DNA of 64,000 nt from the human T2T-CHM13v2.0 reference genome, Homo sapiens, in NCBI RefSeq assembly GCF_009914755.1, contig NC_060927.1; one strand, given 5' to 3'. Position numbers and translations under genes: made by a program. Shown here one piece after another: positions 1-13,599 of this stretch. The notes below the pieces were generated by a model. The model did no database searches. It was not told where the DNA came from and saw only the letters and a program-made list of their open reading frames with translations. Each line of letters begins with the position of its first letter. Position 1 is the first letter of the stretch.

Positions 1-58
1 CCTGGGCAACAGAGTAAGACTCTGTTTCAAAAAAAAAAAAAAAGAAAGAAAGAAAGAA
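1..58 (+). mobile_element. Alu 3' end and A-rich tail, cut by the window edge
   Basis: CCTGGGCAACAGAGTAAGACTCTGTTTC followed by poly(A) and (GAAA)n matches the Alu right-arm terminus. Confidence 0.9.
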
Positions 59-626
59 TAATGAAGATTTGAAGATTTGACTTTTTTACATGGTTCCCAC
101 AAAATACACGCATGCACACTGTCACTGTCTGTATCATTCTGGAATAGTAACATTGCATTTCTTGGTTAAATCAATGTTCAGTGGTATGGCTATGTAAGTA
201 CTGTTCAGAGTTAGTCCATGTAGTACTCTGTGGATTCACTGCCTTCCTTTTATAATTATTTTATTTCCATGGATTTAATCATTGCCTCTTTTTGTTGTTG
301 TTTTTGTTTGCCTATGTTCTACATAGGTCACACAAAACACAACTATTACTGCTACTAACTACATACTATGCAATAAGCAATATGTAGAAAAACATATTGT
401 CCTTCCCTGTGAGTTAGAGATTATCTCCATTTTACAAATAGAAATTAAATAACTTGACCAAGTTCTTACAATTAGTGTTTTGCAGAGTTGGAATTTAAGC
501 CCCAGTCTGTAGTCTATGTAATAAAACACCATGATATATTGCCTATCACTGTGGGGTTTAATGTTGCTTTACATCTAGAAAAACATCATAGATTCAAAAT
601 GCTTTTAGATTGTTATCCTCGGTATT

Positions 627-1209
627 TGTGGCAGGCAGCCTGTCAGATAGCTGTCAATGAGCCCTGGATCCTGGTAGTCACGTCCTGGGGTAATTCCCTC
701 CCTGTGTGCGTGGATGGATCTAGTGACTTGATTCAAACAAACAGAGTGTGGCAAAAGTACTGGGATGCCCTTTCCAAGATTAAGTATCAAAAGACTGTCT
801 TTCATCTTGCTTACATTCCCTATCTTGTCATCTTGATTGCCCTCTCTGACGATGCCAGCTACATGTTGCAGATGATCCTATGGGGAGGCCCATGTGGCAG
901 AGAACTAAAGGAGGCCTCTGGCCAGCAGCCAGTGAAGAACTCAGGCACTCTGTTAAAAGCCCATGAAGAATGGAATCCCGACAAAAATCTCTTGAGTAAA
1001 CTTAGAAGAAGATCCATCCCCAGTCAAGCCTGAAGATGAGACTGCAGCCCAGCCAGCACCTTGATTAGGCCTTGTTAGGGACCAGAGAACTCAGCTAAGC
1101 CATGCCTAGATTCTTGATGCACAGAAACTGTGAGATAATGACTATGGGTTAGTTTAAGTCACTAATTTGGAGAGAGTAATTTATTAAACAGTAATAAATA
1201 ACTAGTACA
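627..1209 (+). mobile_element. MaLR solo LTR, MLT1E/MLT1F-like
   Basis: Starts TGTGGCAGGCAGCC, ends AATAAATAACTAGTACA; internal MLT1 blocks such as GAACTAAAGGAGGCCTCTGGCCAGCAGCCAG and CCCCAGTCAAGCCTGAAGATGAGACTGCAGCCC; subfamily from memory. Confidence 0.8.
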
Positions 1210-2789
1210 GCAATGTTCCTACACATATACATCTATAGAACTTAGGAAATCCACAATAAAATAACCAACTCAACAATGGAAGTTACGGTTTTGAAGAATG
1301 ACCATCCATCAAGATGGGGCAAGCAACCAGAAGAAAATTTTTACAATTATCCATTTTTGAAACTTGAAATTTATGTACTTCCTTGTTTGATGATGCATTA
1401 GCATGAAGTGCTTACCATAATAAAAGGTTTTCCATCATGATGTAGAATATTTTTTAAAATCATTGGAGGCAGCAGAGGAAGTAGACTTTCACATTCAGTG
1501 ATGACTTAGGACTGTCCTTTGTATTCAATCATAAAGCTTTTTACCCATAATAAAGTCATTAGCATAGAACAGTGATATTCTCTACTAAGTTGTGTTTCCA
1601 GAATGTGTGTGATTTATTTCTCATTTATACTATGCATCTTTGTCTCTTTCTAATTTCTTTTCATTGGGTATTTGGAAAGACATCACTTCATAACCAAGGA
1701 ATTAAAGGGAGACCAGTGACAGGCAAATGGCTTTACTAAATGCTCTCAAGCTTCTCCAAAGATTTTATCCTGTGTGGAAGATGAGCCATTATTAGTTTCT
1801 AAACAATAGCTTACTTACTTCTGGATTTTATTTCAACTTAATGAATAGAGATGCACTAAGTAATAACCACTTATCATATTCACAAATCCTAATGCCTACA
1901 CCTGCATATTTTATTATTTTGTTTTCCTATACCTGCTTCCATCTCCTGAAAGGGGTCTCTAACATACATTCAAGGTCTTTCTAGAAAAACGAGTGGTGGG
2001 AAACTTACGTTAAATGATGTGAGGGCCACATTGTGAGTAAAGGCAGTTAATAGCAGAAAGTCAGAGACCTGGATTTGTTGGATAAGCATATACAGTGCTT
2101 ATATCAGAACAGAGAAGGCAAGGGGGCTGGAACTTAACATTCACTTGTAAAACTCAAGGTAGTAACTGAGACCCAGTATTCCAGGGGTGTGGGTCTGCAT
2201 TCTCGGTTCTAGAAAAAGACTGGGACTAGGTGTTGAGACGTCTCAGCTTCCCTGTGGCCAGGTTGCTAAATAAATAGGCCCATGCTTATTATTTGACTTG
2301 TTGCCTTGTTACTAAATATGAAGGGGTTCTCTTCCCTTCTGTGGGTTTTCAGAAAGCAAATATTGTAATCATATTAGGACGTTTCTGCAGAAACTTGACA
2401 TGCATCACCAGACATGGGGCTGGCACTATGCGATGTCAGCCTTCTGTGATGGTACTGATTGATCAGCATCTCTCCCCGACTCCCCACTAGGGAGGCCATG
2501 AGAGGAAATTCTGAGGTGTTTTCATGAGTTAACACACAGAACTATAGCTCTAAGTCCTGTGATCCAACTGCTTCTTTGTTTACAGTTTTTGCACACTCTA
2601 TGGATATTACTCAAAATGCTGCATGGCCATTTATTCATTGGTCAGCCCAAGTATGGGGGCTTGGCTGGGACAAGGGTGTGGTATCAGGGAGGGCAAGAGT
2701 TCCTGGTGCAGAAATGATGTAGGAACTTGAGGACAAGTCAAACTGAACGTGTATCTGACTTCCAGAGTGCCAATACTGTTTCATGCATT

Positions 2790-3005
2790 TACTGTTGTTC
2801 TAGAACATTTTGATATATTATCTTATTTAATCCTCACGGTGCCACTGTATGACAATAGCTATTTGTTATTTCTCGCCACAGTATCAATTTGCAGTGAAGG
2901 AAGCTGAGTCCCAGAGAAACAAAGTGACTTGGTTCAAGGCCACAGAATTCATAAGTGAAAGAGGCTGGATTTGAACCTGGATCTCCCAATGTCTCAAGCC
3001 ACACT
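2790..3005 (-). mobile_element. MIR SINE
   Basis: TTATTTAATCCTCAC...GAAGCTGAGTCCCAGAGA...GTGACTTGGTTCAAGGCCACA...GGATTTGAACCTGG is the reverse MIR core; boundaries approximate. Confidence 0.75.
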
Positions 3006-3264
3006 GGGTTGCCTCTTGAAATTGCTTGTTCAGAGGACTAAGGAGAGACACTAAAGCATCAGGACACCATCCAAGAAAGGAGAGGAAGGGAGGGAAGCAA
3101 AAGTCAGTAAGGGTCCCTGAACAAGAATGTGGTGGCAGCATCTTTATCAGGAGTATCTGGGTCTGTGGGCCTAGATCCCCATCTAGGGGACCTCAAACTC
3201 TACTCAGCAAACAACAGTTCTGGGGAGAAACATTGTGTCCCAGGGAGGAACGGAAAAGGGAATT

Positions 3265-4260
3265 CGCTCATTCCTTCTGTCATTTATTCATTCAGCAAAT
3301 ATTATTAAATGCTGATTCTGTGCCACGCACTGCATCAGGCACTTGAATATAACAATGGATAAGAAGAGAGGTGAAGTTCCCCACTCTAACAAGTCTACAT
3401 TCTAACACAAGAAACAGGTAGAAATGGAGACAGGCAGATTTTTTTAGAAGAATGATTTCAAACACAGTTGACCCTTAAACAAAATGGGTTTGAACTGCAC
3501 AAGTCCACTTATAAGCAGATTTTCTTTCACCTCTGCCACCCAAGAGACAGACACCCAAGACCAACACCTGCTCTTCCTCCTCTTCCTCAGCCTTCCCAAT
3601 GTAAAGACGATGAGGTTAAAGGCTTTTATGATGATCCACACCCACTTAAGGAATAGTAAATATATTTTCTCTTCCTGATGATTTTCTTAATAACATTTTC
3701 TCTTCTTTAGATTACTTAATATAAAAATACAGTATATAATACATATACAAAATGTGTGTTAATCAACTATTTAGGTTATTAGTAAAGCTTCCAGTCAATA
3801 GTAGGCTATTAGTAGTCAAGTTTAGAGAATCAAAAGTCACTCAGATTTTGTATTGTTCGAGAGGTCAGTACCCCTAATCCCCACATTGTTCCAGGGTCAA
3901 CTGTGGTGGTAAGAATTATAAAGAGAAAAAACAGCTAATAGCATAGATTAACATTAATATCTCTGGGTACCATGTTATACGGTGGGTCAGCAAGGTTTCA
4001 TTGAACTGAAAGATAACTTAAGAGGAAGAGCCTGTGGGACATGAGGTGAGGGATATGCATTCCAGGCCAAAAGGAGCAGGGAGTTCAAAGGCCCTGAGAT
4101 GGGGCAGGTTTGGCAGATTTGAGAAACAAAAGAAGGTCATTTTGGTTGAAGCACAGTGAACAAGAGAGAAGCAGAAAGATATATGATTATGTGGGTGCTT
4201 GTCATTTTATGGTAAGTGGGATAGGAAGCCTTTAAAGGGTTTGGAGTAGGAGAGTAACAG
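3265..4260 (-). mobile_element. L2 LINE fragments interrupted by Tigger2a
   Basis: ATTTATTCATTCAGCAAATATTATTAAATGC...TGTGCCA is the reverse L2 3' end; L2-like sequence resumes after 3903 (CAAAGGCCCTGAGATGGGG); boundaries approximate. Confidence 0.6.
3465..3903 (+). mobile_element. Tigger2a/MER28-like TcMar DNA transposon (non-autonomous)
   Basis: Terminal inverted repeats CAGTTGACCCTTAAACAA ... TTGTTCCAGGGTCAACTG, about 440 bp apart; GGGTTTGAACTGCACAAGTCCACTTATA follows the left TIR. Confidence 0.85.
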
Positions 4261-5001
4261 GACCCTAAACAACCAGGAGGCTGCAAGGAATTGAGATCTG
4301 CAGCCAGGGCTCCAGGCTTATGCCCCATGTGGAACACTAGCTGGAGAGGGTAAGGTCAGGGCCATGCAGCCAGACAAGGGGGTGAGAGGGGGCTGGGTGC
4401 CTACGCAAGAGTAACATGGGGGTCCAGAGGCAGGCCTTGGAATCTGCCACCTAATGCCCAGCCATAATGTTCATTCAACATTTTTATTGACACCTACTCA
4501 GTACCTGGGTAAGGGATTCAGTGCACTTAGAGAGCTGGGTTTTTGATGGGAGAGAGAAATTAAACAGCTCAATTAGATAATTCTTCCTTCTAATAAGTGC
4601 TCCTGAAATAGAGGGCTGGGACTGAGCTTGCTTAGATCGGAGATGGTCTCGTGGAAGAGGTGACTCCTGGGGGTGAGAAGGAACCAGTTCCTAGAGGTGA
4701 GGATGAGGGCACTGGAGGAAACAGCACGGACAAAGGCCCAGAAGCTGAAAAACTCTGCCATATTGGAGGAAGAGGAAAGCAGCTCTGCACCTGGCACTTA
4801 GAGGGATACTAGAGGAAGCTTAGAGGATCCTAGGGACAGCTCATGTTGCTAGGGTCAGAGGTTGAAATTTATCTAAAAGCATAAGGGTTTTCCTACAACG
4901 AAATGCACAATTCACTGTTTTAATTTTTTAAAGGTTATGATAATTAAATGTTAACTCAGTACTTGCTCTTGAATGAACACTATGTCTGTGTTGTCACTAT
5001 A

Positions 5002-5224
5002 CACTGAGTAGCCCTTATCTGAAATACGTGGGACCAGAAGCTTTTTGGGTTTCAGATTTTTTCAGAGCTTGAAATATTTGCATTGTACTTAGAGTTAAGC
5101 ATCCCTAATCTGGTATTCTAAAACCGTTTGATCATGACTTTTGAGTGATATGTCACTGCTCAAAAAGTTTCCAATTTTGGAGCATTTCAGATTTTATATT
5201 TTCAGATTAAGGATGCTCAACCTG
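5002..5224 (+). mobile_element. Tigger4a/MER46-like DNA transposon
   Basis: TGAGTAGCCCTTATCTGAAATACGTGGGACCAGAAG at the left end and GGATGCTCAACCTG TIR at the right end. Confidence 0.8.
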
Positions 5225-5239
5225 TGCTATGTGTCAGTA

Positions 5240-5420
5240 TCTGCTGTAAGCACTTCGCTTACAATAAAGCTTTTACTCTTCAAAACCACAATTTGAGTTA
5301 GGCACCCTTTTCCTTATTTTGCAAATGAGAAAATTGAGGAACACAGATTCAGCACCCAAGATCACACAGCTCATGAATGGCATAGCTGGAATCTGAACCC
5401 AGGCATTTTGACTCCAGAAT
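5240..5420 (-). mobile_element. MIR SINE
   Basis: ATTTTGCAAATGAGAAAATTGAGG...CCCAAGATCACACAGCT...TGAACCCAGGCATTTTGACTCCAGA. Confidence 0.7.
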
Positions 5421-6354
5421 CCCCTCTCTGACACAGCATGCTAGGCTGATGCTCTCTGATGTTCAAAGAGCACCCAAGGGCAGGACATCACAGGGAGACA
5501 TAAAGACCAAGAAAGTGAGTGGAGTCAGCATTTGGGGTTCACCCTGAACTCAAGAACAAGCAAAGTTATTCTTCACTTTTTTTCTGTCCTATGTATTTAT
5601 TCAAGAAGTATTTATTGAGCATTCGTTAAGTACCAGACTCCAGGTCAGATGTTAAAGATCCCTGAAGAGGTAAAACAGACAGATACAGATTCTTCCTCCT
5701 GGACTTTCTGTCTGTTGGAGGGCACAGAAATAAGAGAAAATTAAAAGACTAAAAAGTGTCATAGGGGAGAGGTAGGCCCTGCTTCAAGATTATATGACAG
5801 ACAAAGCAGCTTTGGAATAGTAAAACTTAGGAAAGGGCTGTTAGGCTTGGGAAGCCTTCTGTTTAGGAGGAACTTCAGGCCCTGGATTGCCGAGTGGTGC
5901 TGAGAGGGAGAAAAGTGGGTCAGGGTGATGGTAGGGGTGAGAACACGCCAGGCTCACTGAGTTAACTCTGGCCTCTAGGTTTACAGGTGAGAAGTCAATT
6001 ATGACTAATCACCCTGCTTGGTTTTTCAGGCCAGCTCAATCCAGCGGACAGGAAGGGCAGATTCAGCCCAAATGCTTGGACTAGTAATAATTTGGCATGT
6101 GGCTGGAGTGTCCTGCACACCCTAACTCTGATTCTTCCCCTGGGATGGATTAGGAATCCCCATGAGAGAAGAAGGGATGCTGCCCCAGACCTGTCCTCAT
6201 ACCACCCTCCAGCTATACCCACCAGTCCCTGCCCCACCAAATGGTGGCATTTAACAGTGGGACCAGAAACATTAAGACAAAGTATGAACGTTAAGGAAGC
6301 AGGGTAGTTGGTGAAAAAAGCAAACAGAGCTCTGGAATCTGACCAAACTAGAGC

Positions 6355-6822
6355 CTGGCTTAATGTGGGTTCTCCCAGACGCAGACCTCAAAGCCAGTAT
6401 TCCAATGCAAGTAAGGTGTTTTGAATGCAATTGCTGGAAATACAGGTAAGGGAGCAGGAACGGAGAAAGGGACAGCTGTTAGTAAAAGGTGTGTTTTTCA
6501 AATCAGTTACCCTTGAAGGGAACTTAATTCTGTGAGATTAATCCTGCTGGAAAACCCCGTGTGCGACATGCACTTCAGGGTTATCTCATTTGATGAGTGA
6601 ACAAGATGAAAGGTCTACCCACTAACTCCCATTGGCTCCCAGCGCTTGTTAATTCCCCAGCCTCTCTAGCAAAGCAAGCTATTAATAGGAACAGCAAGTC
6701 CTGGTGGGCATAGAGAGCTGAAGGGAGAGTCCCAGACACAGGCACGTGGAAGTTAGGCTGGGATGCCTGGGGGTGGTAAATTCCAAGGGGATATGGGTGT
6801 GATATCAACAGCCTCCTCTGCA
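6355..6822 (-). mobile_element. ERVL-class solo LTR, LTR16-like, inserted in a MIR
   Basis: Ends GGGGATATGGGTGTGATATCAACAGCCTCTCTGCA, the reverse of the LTR16-type 5' end; MIR halves flank it (GCTCTGGAATCTGACC left, CTCAGTTTCCACATCCATAAATGGGG right). Confidence 0.6.
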
Positions 6823-7001
6823 TGACTTAACTTATCAGGGGCTCAGTTTCCACATCCATAAATGGGGGCAGTAACACCTAAATCTCTCAGGACTACGGAG
6901 CCCATTTGAAAGCCCATCTTATAAGAAAGATGACTATTTTACCAACACTTACAGCACATAAATCATTCCCCATAAATATCTACTGAATGAGTGAATACTT
7001 G

Positions 7002-7207
7002 GAGTTGTGTCCTGGAGCCAGCTCCGTACTGGCTTACAAATGCACATTGTGAAATATTCAGGATTTTCACAAGCCAGTTGTTAAATAAATGGTTGGTAGC
7101 TCAAGAGTAGCCACAGTGGGTGTGTTTATACACCACATAAATCAGAAAACTCTACAAATCAGGGCTTTTTTTCCCCCTCTGAAAGCCAGTTTACCAGCAC
7201 ACTACTG
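7002..7207 (+). mobile_element. MER63-like hAT DNA transposon
   Basis: GTGTCCTGGAGCCAGCTCCGTACTGGCT...ATTCAGGATTTTCACAAGCCAGTTGTTAAA and terminal TTTACCAGCACACTACTG. Confidence 0.7.
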
Positions 7208-7525
7208 AATGTATGTGAAAATATTTGACATAGTATCAAACATACATAGGATGTACTCTAAAATGCGTATTTTGATTTTTCCATTGAAATTCAACAGTCA
7301 GTGTTAAAAGAGCTACACTTTTCACTATTTTGCTTCTGATATCTGGTTAGGGTTACCAGAAAGTGCTCTTTGAAGTGGGCCATGACTCTATCCGTACCAT
7401 TTTATTTATTTAAAGAAATAAACAGAGGGTGACATTAAGCAAATATGATAAAACATTAAATCTGGGTGACGGATACCTGGGAGTTTATTACTCCCTGTAA
7501 TTTTGTGACCATTTAAAATATTTCA

Positions 7526-8108
<583 letters not shown>

Positions 8109-8499
8109 TTATACAGACTTTGCTTTCAATTCAAAGTGTGTCCAAAAAAGGAAAGGAAAGTCCCCACTGGAACCTACCTGAGCCCAGCGTGTACATGAGC
8201 ACAAAAGAAGAGACTATTTCCTGGAAACCCGCTGGTTATACAAAGGACAGAGGTGTTTCTATGTTGGGTTTTGTTTTTTTATCAGTGTAGCTAGGGGCAT
8301 GTCTTAGGCACAAACAACAAAGGCAGTTTTATGTTGCGCCTTGTTTCTTTATTTGAGTGGGCAAGAGATTTGGGCAAGTTTCCTTATCTGTGCCTGCAGC
8401 CTGATTTTTCAGGCTATTTCTCTGTTTAAAAGAGTTTTATCAAAAATCCACCCTAACTGTTCAACTTTTTTCTCTTAGAATGAGGTTCCCAATATCAAC

Positions 8500-9257
8500 T
8501 TTTTACTGAACTGAACGGAGGCCTTCTCGCCCGGCACAGTGAAGCCAAATATCCACACTGAAAGGAGGGTATTTATTTACAGGGCACCAAGCAAAGGGAA
8601 TTGACTGGGCGACTAGCACTTAACACCTGACCTCCTTGATGGCTTACAAGCAAGGACTTTTAAAGGTGGGGGCAAATTTCAGGAAAGCACAAATTACAGG
8701 CAAAACAGTAAATCAGTACATGAAGATTATACATTGGTTTGGCCTAAAAAGGTGGGATATCTTGAGGCAGGTGTGCTTACAGGTTATAAGTAGATTTAAA
8801 GACCCTCTTATTTGTGATTGGTTAAGGAAACTGAGCTTTGTCTAAAAATTTAGGGTCACCAGAAAAGAATGCTAAAGTTTGGCCGATGAGTATAACTTCC
8901 TCCAGGACCCTCAGGAAGAAATTTAGTACAAACAGAGTTCGGTTCTCAGTTCCCTTTTATCTGAGGTCTTTGTGCCAGCAGATCCATTTGGTGGGGATCT
9001 AGGTTTCTGAAAAACAACTCTGGGATATATGTTAAGATGTTAACTTTAGTTTCTACAGGAAACCAAACATGGCGTGACTCTAGCTTCCTTGGCTATCATT
9101 TTTAGCCATCATTACCTTCTTGCTAATTAGATTGATCCTTTACTTCTTAGGGCTAACTAGGTGCATGGAATTTCCCTTTAAGGAGCCCAAGATTTTCCTT
9201 CATTTCCCTGCTTGCAGGGGCCTGCAGGCCACTAACAGGAGTCCCTGCTCTGTCTCA
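8500..9257 (-). mobile_element. ERV1 (MER4-group, MER39/MER34-like) LTR; possible ERV internal fragment at about 8090-8480
   Basis: Right end GGAGTCCCTGCTCTGTCTCA reads TGAGACAGAGCAGGGACTCC on the minus strand; AAATTACAGGCAAAACAGTAAATCAGTACATG and ATACATTGGTTTGGCCTAAAAAGGTGGGATATCTTGA are MER4-group blocks; subfamily uncertain. Confidence 0.65.
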
Positions 9258-10469
9258 TACTTACACTGAGAGGCATCTAACAAACACAAGAGCCATCCAC
9301 CTAAAGTGGTACCAAGACAGGGCTAAAATCAAGCCTTCATCTGCCTGCAAAGTTGAACACAGCAAATCACAACATTTCCCTGAATTCAGATAGGACCTTT
9401 ATATAATCTATAATCAGGGATAATGGCAATTAACACATATCACATCTACCTTGTAAATGGCTCTGAAAAACAAGTCTTCAAGATTCAAAATTATTAGTTG
9501 CATCCCTCATAGGTTACCTTTCCCATTCCATGGTAATTAATCATGAGGAATTGGTAAAACTGATGAGATCTTGACATCCTGTGCTTAATTCTTCTTATTT
9601 CCAGAATTATCGGTAAATATGATAATGTATATAGGGAATTTTGGAAGATTTTTTTTCTTCTCATGGACCATAACCCATACAATTTTTGAAATCTTAAATT
9701 CCTAATCAATAAAGTTTTGCTACTAGGCTTTTTATGATTCACAGTCCTATTTCTCTATCAAAAGGGTCATGAAGATCTTAGGCTTCATCAAATTTAACCC
9801 TGGTCAGATGCATGCTTCCCTTTTATTGAGTCTCTGACAGCAGGACACATCCAATCTCTGCTTAACATTCCGGTGACTGGAAATGGGCTACTTCAAAAAG
9901 TAAATAATAAAAACAGCTACCATGCATTGAACTACTAATCCTGTGCCTGGCATAGAACTTGGGCTTTATAAACATTGGCTCATAGAGTCTTCATGGAGAT
10001 GTACTAAGATAGGTGCTATAATAATCTTTATTTTAGAGAAAAGAGATTTGGGACTCAGAGAGATTATGTGGTTTGTCCCAGGTTGTATAGCCAGCCAGTG
10101 GAAAAGCTGGGATTTATTATGGGTTGATCTCACCGAAAAGTCCATGTTCCTAAAAGATGGGTTAAAGCTGCTTTCTTCCGACTTTGAGGAACTAGTCTTT
10201 GACCAGCTTCCTGGATAGATCAGACACTCCTCCCATCCAAGCTTTAATGTCTGTCCTTATCCTGGTCTTTTCAAAAATTTACCAAGTAAGACATTTTCTT
10301 GGCACTTCACTGTTCTGACCTTTCTCCCGAGATGTTCTCCAGTCTACCATGCCCTTCGTAGAACCCAGAGTCTGTTGTGAATAAAGCTGACAGAGCATGT
10401 CTTCTTAGGGTACATACAAGAGGATTAGGACTTCTATTGTTTCCATGCTGTCAATCAGCCTTTACTAAT

Positions 10470-10891
10470 TGATGTGGTTTGTATCTGTGTCTCCACTCAA
10501 ATCTCATGTTGAATTGTAATCCCCAATGTTGGAGGTGGGGCCTGGTGGGAGGTGACTGGATTATGGAGGTGGATGTCTCCTGAATGGTTCAACACCATCC
10601 CCTTGGTGCTGTTCTCATGATCGTTCTCACGAGATCTGGTTGTTTAAAAGGGTGTAGCACCTCCCCCTGCCCCACTCCCTTACTCCTGTTCCTGCCCTAT
10701 GAGACACCTCATTCTGCCTTTGTCTTCCACCATGATTGTAACTTTCCTGAAGCCTCCCCAGAAGCTGAGCAGATGCCAGCATCATGCTTCCTGTACAGCC
10801 TGTGGAATGATGAGCCAATTAAACCTTTTGTATTTATTAATCACTCAGTCTCAAGTGTTTCTTGACAGTAATGTGAGAATGGAATAATAAA
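10470..10891 (+). mobile_element. MSTA-like MaLR solo LTR
   Basis: TGATGTGGTTTGTATCTGTGTCTCCACTCAAATCTCATGTTGAATTGTAATCCCCAATGTTGGAGGTGGGGCC start, ATTAAA signal, exact 5-bp TSD CTAAT (10465-10469 and 10892-10896). Confidence 0.92.
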
Positions 10892-11645
10892 CTAATCTTG
10901 TGTGGACAACTTACATTTCCAAATATGCTTAAAAATTGACTGCAAAGAAAGCAATATTTTAACGTTTCTTTGCTTGGTAATTTGATGTTGTTTGTTTGAG
11001 CTTAAAAGGAGGGTTTTCTCCTCAGTGACGTATTGGACCTCTTTGGTTTCTGCCTTCCCAGCATCCGTCTGCTTTCTTCTGAGGAGAAGCCAACTGTGTT
11101 TTGGGAAACCTTCTCACCCCCATTGGATATAATCTTGATGGGACTATTATTCAAAGTGGTCACCTTGGGGTAGGCATCAGGGGCTCTCTCCTGGGAATAT
11201 GGGTCCTTGAGCACAGATATATGTTCTGTGGAAGTGAAGGACCTTGGAGGAGGCATTTCATATATGCCTTCAATCTAGGTTCTCAGAGCTACCCTCTCCA
11301 ATTCTAGTTCTTAGTGCTAGCCTTCCCTCCAATAATCTCAGTTGACTCACTGGATTATTCATTCATTTACTTACTCACCCAAGTACCATTCAGAAAGTTT
11401 CTACCATGTGCCAGAAACTAGAGGCCCATTCTAAGCCAGAAATATTTCTTAGGAAGAGTTGTTCAAATAGTTTCATATATATCGAACAAAAGTAGTATGT
11501 AATATGTACTTATCATTTTATTCAGAAAAAAATATCAACCGAAACTTTTTTAAAAGTATTGCTCAAAATCAGATCCCCTTGGAAAGCAAAGAACTTCCCC
11601 TCAGGAAAGAAAGGAAATAATAAGGGGGAAAAGCTTTTGCTATAA

Positions 11646-11670
11646 TAGATAGATAGATAGATAGATAGAC

Positions 11671-11703
<33 letters not shown>

Positions 11704-11730
11704 TAGACATACAGACAGATAAATAGATGG
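11646..11730. repeat. Compound tetranucleotide microsatellite (TAGA)n/(CAGA)n
   Basis: Directly visible runs of ATAG and ACAG. Confidence 0.95.
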
Positions 11731-13379
11731 AGATAGGTATACATGTATATGTATTTATAAACATAGTTTATGTATAAAATAAAAACCTAAACCAAATTCA
11801 TGCTCTATTTAATAAATGGTTTTTGAAATAAATATTATAACAGGCATAGGTAGCCTGACAATTTCTAGTTAGGAATTTATAATTGAAAGACACCTTCATA
11901 TTGGGTATTTATCAGAGAGCAATATGTTTTTACCATACGTCACTTAGCATTATGACTAACATTTATCCAGTCAGCCTAGGCTTATTATGTACTTCAGGAG
12001 CATCTTCTTATACAATTATACCACATTTTACATATACCTACATTTCTACTACCTGGGATTAAATTCCCTCTAGCTTCATATTTTTCTGATGGGTGTAAAT
12101 TGATTTCTTTTTTACTATAGCTCCTTTAACACAGTCTCTGTGTTCCATACATAATGATTTAGTTTAACTGAAAATATCTCCCCAAAGCTTACAAAGATGA
12201 GGATGGAGAAGGAGATGAGAAGCCCAGTACTAACAGTGAGTGCACTTTGTTCTTGAACCTGCCTATGTCTCTATTTCCTGTGTCACCTCAGATAAGTAAC
12301 TTAATCTCTTCTGGGTCAACTTTCTTCGCTTACAATGTGCCCTAGATCCCAGACTAGCCCATGTGTTTTAAAAGTTCATGTTTCTGTGTTTTACCTCTGT
12401 TCTATTGAACCAAAAATCCTGCGGTTGGAGAATCAAAAACAATTTTACAAAACCTCTCTTAGTGATCCCAAACCAATTGATCCCTGGATGAGAATTTAGG
12501 AATAATAAAAACATAACAATAGTGACTCATGTGTAGAGAGCAGTTGCCAAGTGAGCTCAGCACTGCTGTTATCTTGCTTTTATAGCTAAGGAAATTTAAG
12601 CCTAGAGATGTTAAGAAACTTGCCTGAGGGTATACATCCAGTAAGTGGGGAGCTTAAGTCCCTGTCGAGCCAGTCCACCTCCAGAGCCTGCCTCTCCTCA
12701 CTGCACTAGACTGTTCCTGGGAACCACTGGTTTAGATTATGTCTATGATCTTTTACAAATGTATTAGTAGCTTTGATTTTGCCCAATAACTTTGTACAAA
12801 TTAGAATTCATTTCTGATGTCCTATTTTGTTCGTGATGTCTTAAACCTGTACTTAAACAATTTCTAGGCATATAGGGAGAATTCTTTTATCATTAAGAAT
12901 GTGGCTCTTTAAAATGTTTCTCTACCTGGAATACCTGCTTCCCCAATCTTAGCATCTTTTTCACTTGCCCTCCAAGATTTTACCTAGGTGCCTTCCTGTC
13001 TGAGAAGTCTTCATGACACTCTGTTACTAAGTCTGCATGAAACACTTAATGTGGGGTAGATTACGTTATCAATTGATGGCAACACTTAACATCTCCGGCC
13101 TTTCAGTGGTTGGGCTAAAACCATGGACATTTACCAGCCTCTCCTTGGACTTTTTGCCTGGGAAGTGCTGCCAAAGTTGCTGAGCAACGGACGAAGCCAC
13201 TGGAGAACTCAGTCCTATCCTCACAGCTGTGTGCTTTGCCCCTCATCTTCACCGTCTGGTCCTCAACTTCCAGCAGCTAGCTCCTGCTAGACAGTGTCCT
13301 CACCAACTATGTTTTGGGTCTGTGCTCATCTGTCTTCTGCCTAAAGCATGTACATCCTGGGATTATTGTCTGCAACTAA

Positions 13380-13380
<1 letters not shown>

Positions 13381-13415
<35 letters not shown>

Positions 13416-13432
13416 TGCTCTCTCTCTCTCTC
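13381..13432. repeat. (CA)n followed by (CT)n microsatellite
   Basis: Directly visible. Confidence 0.95.
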
Positions 13433-13599
13433 AAGCATCATCTAACTGGGCACAACCTCTTTACTAATTCTTTTTCCTTAAGGACAATTATGCGATATAT
13501 TGAAAATCCAAATTAAAACTTCGAACTCAAAACTCATGACTACCATATTTCCAAAAGGAGTCTAGCAGTCTGATCCTGCAATTCAATCCAAATATCATA

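Noticed and set aside
488-1033. 181-aa ORF, the longest non-retroviral, non-low-complexity ORF
   Set aside because: Starts at TTG, lies mostly within an MLT1 LTR and has no recognisable domain; a chance open frame
13050-13520. Possible ancient ERVL/MaLR LTR around the (CA)n repeat
   Set aside because: Only vague terminal resemblance; I cannot assign a family or boundaries without a profile search
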